A stretch of 64,000 bases of DNA from Setoptus koraiensis. Lineage: Eukaryota > Animalia > Arthropoda. The stretch covers positions 2,542,001-2,606,000 of the forward strand of contig CM106586.1 in the NCBI GenBank assembly GCA_048013815.1, in the 5' to 3' direction. Made by a program: the position numbers and the translations under genes. Below the pieces are notes generated by a model. It had not been told where the DNA came from and did not search any database. It saw only the letters and a list, made by a program, of their open reading frames with translations. Below are positions 59,172-64,000 of the stretch, one piece after another. The number at the start of each line of letters is the position of its first letter. Positions within the stretch are counted from its first letter, which is position 1.

Positions 59172-60784
59172 ATGAGAACGACAGTATAACGCGACTGCTG
59201 CTGTCGGGGAATGAAGAAGAACGTTCGCACACATACTAGTGCAGTTTGTCACAGATTGAGATTCCACCGGATGTATATACTGATTTCCAGCTATTGGACG
59301 CTCATGTTGGCGACACCACTACTGTGCAGCGACTGCTTCATGCATAAAGACCAAAAGAGCCCACACCCAAACGCATCCTGTTTGGCTACATCATCACCAT
59401 GGAGCTCTATGGCTTACACTATGGTATACATTCAGAAATACACCACCGGAATGAATATTGTATGCATTGCAAACAATTATATCACGCCAGGCGATGTTGT
59501 TACGCGACGCAAGCGCCCTCGTGTGATTCGATTGAATAATCGGCCCTGTTTCAAAGTTGACCCAATCTTCGAGTTTGAAAAACTTCTCCGAAGCCTTCTC
59601 AGATATTTTTGTATATTTGTACTTGTTGTAGATGCCTTACACTTGCATTGAAATAGAATAAACTTGCACAAGGTATTAAGTCTTGTGTAGCGGCTTTGAT
59701 GGTGCTGGAGCTAGACAAACTTATTATTAGATAGTTGTTGTGCATGTGTTCACCATTACGATTACATAACGAACATTACTCAATAAGACTGGTGCGTGTT
59801 ACTTGTTGATTGTTGTTTGCGAGATTTTATGTATGTTTTTTTTTATTATTTCCTTCAATTACTACATGTATATAATTGACGATGCTAGCGCACTCACAAT
59901 GGTATAATCTTATGCCTTACAATACCATTGATTGCATGGTGTAAAGGGAGAAAACAAAATCTACTTCCAATAAAAAAGAGAGGCGAAAAGCATAGCATAG
60001 TACTGCACTAGAATGTCATCTACAGCAATACCATAAAATGTATTTGGCATCTTACTAGTAGTCATTATGTAGTTACTCTGAAACTGTGGTAGGTGGCGCT
60101 TGCAGACTTCAGTAAGCGGCCTAAGTTCAAGCCAACATCACGCAAAGTTTACATGCTGGCAGGTTGAACATCCATAGAAAGAAAAAAGAACAATATTTAT
60201 ACGAGACACATCAGTGATGAATGTGAATTCCATGCTGACTGGAGCACCCTCGAGTTGTGGAATGTTGAACTAACTTAGGAGCACATGGAGTTTACCCACG
60301 CAGTAGATACAAAGGTTTATTGTTATTGATATTATCACTTTACTATTATTGATTTAATATTATTATAATCTATACATGGAGATCATCAGCTCACTTCACG
60401 AAGCCATGTTCATAAATTAAATTATTTGGAATATTATTGATCGTTGTCTCTTGGGATAAAACTACTTAGATTAAGCAAGGAAAGTTGAGATACACTTACA
60501 ACACAACAACAACGTTATTGTATACCGTTAGTGTCTACTGGATTATTCGAAAAGTGGTACATAAATATGTACGATAGACCGTGAAATGTTCAATTCTATT
60601 CCAGATGTTTTCAACACAAATATGAACTCGAATGGCCTAAAACCGCTTTTGTCGTTGCTATAAATTTAACTATCCAGATCCATTCCAACACATATTTCAA
60701 GGAGATCCTTTAAAGGTAGCCAGAGCTGTCTAAAACTCATTTGCTTGAACCTTGAGCTGTTGCATCTTTGAAAAATCCATCATT

Positions 60785-62260
60785 ATGGGAAACGTACCCA
60801 TATCGTGTTGTAGGTCCGAATCGCCCAGATCACATCATCTTTCAAGTAAAAACCATCACAGTAATGATAAGTCATGTGGTTGCTTGGATGAATATGAAAA
60901 GTATCAATACTCCAAACAGACTAATCCAGAAAGTCACAAGAACAACAATAGGCGTCATCATTTCCACCATTATCATGACTTTGATAACCAGCAACCGGCC
61001 AGTATTTTGCAACATATAAGTGAAAGAGAACCAGATGACTCCGAAACTGACCCTTCATCCAATCCATTTAATCAGCCAATCTTCGTGACACGTTCCCTCA
61101 GCACCTTGAAGAATGCAATTAGTGGAAATCACAATCATAACAATGAAATCGAACATCATTATGGAACAACTGTGATCCCATCAAAAATTCCAAATAAGGA
61201 CTTTTCCAACTCGGCTAAATCTTCAAATTTGTCTAGCACTCGTTCTAAACAGCAAGCATCTAGTCAATTATGTCCAGCATTTTTGAACCCGTGCCATCCG
61301 AATAATGGAAAAGGACCAAATAATCATGAACAAAATAACCACTCTCACCAGACAAGACATTGGCTAGTCAAGTCCTCTTCGTGTTCCACAATCTTCACTG
61401 ACGACTCAACAATTAGCCAGCCTGATCTTAAACTGACAATCAAATGTGTTTCATTGGCAATTTACTATCACATAAGACACCGATCTTCAGATAGGACCAG
61501 TGATATATTCGATGAGGTAGTACATCCATTAAGGATGCCTACGAATAATGTCGATGGAGGCAACGATATTGACAAACAAAAGTTTAGTCATGATATCGAC
61601 CCGAACCAGCGGACCATTTATGAGTTTGTTAAGACATTGTTCAATGCTGCTCAATTGACGTCTGAGTATGCCATAACAACTTTGGTATACCTGGAACGAC
61701 TCATGACCTATGCCGAAATCGATCTTTCTCCAAGAACGTGGCGAAGAATGTTCTTGGGCGCAATACTACTTTCTTCTAAAGTATGGGAAGATCAAGCAGT
61801 TTGGAACGTCGATTATGCACAAATACTAGAGGAGATATCAGTTGAAGATATAAATGAGCTCGAGAGGCAATTCTTAGAACTTATCCAGTTCAACATGAAT
61901 GTCCCATCGTCCGTCTACGCCAAATACTACTTTAACTTGAGGACCCTAGCCGTCGAGAACAACATATCGAAGCCTTCCACTATTTTAACTTTGGAAAGAG
62001 CGAGAGATCTAGAGGTAAGTATTGAGTCATAATGAATCTATTTTTTTATTATTCTTTATATAGACAACCTTATATAATTGTTACTAATTTATCTATTTAT
62101 TTAATATATTTACATCTTGATTTTTTAGGCTATGTCTAGAGTTTGTCTGAAGAGCAAACATTCATCTCCGTTACTTAGGAAGAACTTCAATCTTGTTAAA
62201 AGGCACTCTAGTCTGGAGAACATGCGTAACTCCGGCCTAACCAGAGCTGTTCTGATGTAG
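60785..62260 (+). CDS. CCNY: Cyclin Y (~453 aa; exons 60785-62014, 62129-62260)
   Basis: MGN...CC acylation start, [38 protein letters not shown]-like [22 protein letters not shown] and YAKYYF. Phase-0 intron; the tail has KRHSSLEN. Confidence 0.95.
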
Positions 62261-62367
62261 TCTTCACCTAAAATAGAACAAATCAGTCAATATTTCTAAG
62301 GGTGATGATGCGAAATTATCCTAGGTGTGACCACAATAAAGATATCAAAATTTATTAGATATGCGCA

Positions 62368-63966
62368 TCAACAGCTAGTTTGTTGCTCAGTTTCTCTTTT
62401 AAAAATGAATTGTCCACTTTGGACCCTCTTTGCTTGCTCTTCAGCCTTCAGATCTATCTTTTCCCGTTTCTTGGTAATAACTGTCTTATTGTAGTGATTC
62501 TTTTGATCATCGCTCAACGAAGACCATTCAGCTGAAACCCTTTTCGAAATCTCACCGAAAGCATGGGCGTCTAAGAGATTTTCTGACTTGATTTGTTTTT
62601 GCCTCTCTGAAAAAAATAGAGCATAGCCTGAATTCTTTTTTTGTTCGTCAACAGAATCCTTTGGCGCTTTTTTCCTTCTTGTGCCTACAGTCGTTCCTTG
62701 ACCATTTGTGACCTTTTTCGGTGATTGCTTCTTCTGAGCTGGGGGCTTGTTTGGGTCTCGTTTGGCTCTTGTTCTTTTTTTAGGTGGTGCAGGTTGTGGT
62801 GGTACAGTTACATGCGGTTGTGGTGCGTGAAGTGGTACCGACACATGCATTTGAGAATTTAGGACTTGTGGTTGCTGAGACATATGTGGTGGTGCCTGTT
62901 GTGGTGGTCTAGTCATGAAGTTTTGTTGAGGTTGTTGATAATGCATAGAAACTTGACTCATTTGTGCCATAGGTTGATTTTGTTGTTGCATGGGTAGGTT
63001 GGGAACTTGAGACATGTGCCCATAAGGCATAGAATATCCCATTCCATCTCCCTGAGGTTGCATTGACATCTGAGATTGACTACCAGAGTATGAGTTACTG
63101 TTGTCGTACATATTACTGTTGACGTTGCTCTGGGTATGATGATTTGTATCGATATTTGGTTGTCCATGCAAAGGGTAGTATCCAGAACCATCATAGTTAT
63201 GTCCGTAGTAGTTATCATTACTTCCTTGAGTTGCCTGTTGCTGCGTAAAATGAGATTCGCTTGTAGATGGCCAGCCAGGATCAGAGCCTTGTAGAGTTCT
63301 ATCGTTGTTATTAATTCCAGATTTCTGTCCAATCATGAGTCTCGTTGGGGCTGCTTGTGCTGGAGAGCCAACAATATTATCTGGCATATTGGATCCGCTA
63401 GCACCATCATACGCAACGTAAGGATTAACTGAGCCAGGAAATGAAGACCTATTCTGGTTTTGTTGTAGATAATATAGATCAGGTTGTTGCTGATGCCAAC
63501 CAGACGGCTGTTGTGCCTGCTGTTGCATTGGCGTCATCTGAATTGGGGCCGCTCCTTGGCCTGGTGATGCAGTAGATAGATTGTTGGAGGGCGTCGTTGA
63601 ATGATTTTGCTGCATCATATGCATTGAGCCGGGATGACCGCTAGGGTGTTGTTGCTGTTGTATGTGTTGATGTGGTGACATTGTGGGGATCATTTGTTGA
63701 TCTGGTGTCATTTGATGCATTTCTTTGGAATTGTGAAATGAAGTTGGAGCCTGTTGTTGCATTGATGATCCCGATAGAGGTATATTGCTTCTATCCGGGG
63801 TATGAGACGTAGGTAGTTGGCCACGAGCTGTTTGGTGCGACAAGGGTGTTGCTGTTGGTGATTGTTTATGAAGGTTATGATGCTGTTGTTGCTGCTGTTG
63901 AAATCCTCTCTGGGTTGTTTGAGATAGTACTAAGGGTTGACCATGAGGCGTTTGTTGATTGTTCAT
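62368..63966 (-). CDS. TOX-like HMG-box protein with Q/P-rich N-terminus (532 aa if ATG 63966 is the start)
   Basis: C-terminal HMG box YALFFSERQKQIK...FGEISKRVSAEWSSL...QKNHY resembles the TOX family. An upstream exon outside the window cannot be excluded. Confidence 0.75.
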   Translation of the reverse strand: MNNQQTPHGQPLVLSQTTQRGFQQQQQQHHNLHKQSPTATPLSHQTARGQLPTSHTPDRSNIPLSGSSMQQQAPTSFHNSKEMHQMTPDQQMIPTMSPHQHIQQQQHPSGHPGSMHMMQQNHSTTPSNNLSTASPGQGAAPIQMTPMQQQAQQPSGWHQQQPDLYYLQQNQNRSSFPGSVNPYVAYDGASGSNMPDNIVGSPAQAAPTRLMIGQKSGINNNDRTLQGSDPGWPSTSESHFTQQQATQGSNDNYYGHNYDGSGYYPLHGQPNIDTNHHTQSNVNSNMYDNSNSYSGSQSQMSMQPQGDGMGYSMPYGHMSQVPNLPMQQQNQPMAQMSQVSMHYQQPQQNFMTRPPQQAPPHMSQQPQVLNSQMHVSVPLHAPQPHVTVPPQPAPPKKRTRAKRDPNKPPAQKKQSPKKVTNGQGTTVGTRRKKAPKDSVDEQKKNSGYALFFSERQKQIKSENLLDAHAFGEISKRVSAEWSSLSDDQKNHYNKTVITKKREKIDLKAEEQAKRVQSGQFIFKRETEQQTSC

Positions 63967-64000
63967 AGGTGGGCTCCAATATTCTGAGGGTGGATATTGG

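Noticed and set aside
58929-59671. ORFs around the CA repeat, including 59211..59651
   Set aside because: Partly microsatellite-derived with no domain; more likely UTR or promoter DNA between the divergent kinase and Cyclin Y genes.

Overview
Eukaryotic DNA, most likely a compact, intron-poor arthropod genome such as an acariform mite (inferred from gene content and 53-165 bp introns). It has three zones. (1) 1-7.4 kb: mostly unresolved non-coding or intronic DNA ending in a low-complexity terminal exon. (2) About 8.1-30.6 kb: a dense nest of mobile-element debris. Its main component is a non-autonomous Helentron-like (HINE/DINE-1-type) family, defined by a 13-bp subterminal inverted repeat AGCGCTTAATTTT, a 25-bp terminal stem-loop and T-run targets. 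Two copies are complete (15481-16738 and 24099-26412). They carry entirely different internal satellites, and a third copy retains a PIF1 helicase relic. The copies interrupt or abut relics of a MULE transposase, a Ty1/copia pol and envelope-like genes. A second repeat family rich in ACCGGAAGT and GNA hairpins, a Kolobok-like MITE and a 500-N gap are also present. (3) 31-64 kb: a gene-dense arm with two head-to-head gustatory-receptor-like paralogs, an SDR plus an SDR relic, an orphan secreted protein, UQCRQ, an ABCG transporter, APEX1, RPL22, an atypical short Sevenless/ROS-like kinase, Cyclin Y and a TOX-like HMG-box gene. No rRNA, tRNA or CRISPR array was recognised. All family assignments come from motif recognition by eye; no database search was run.
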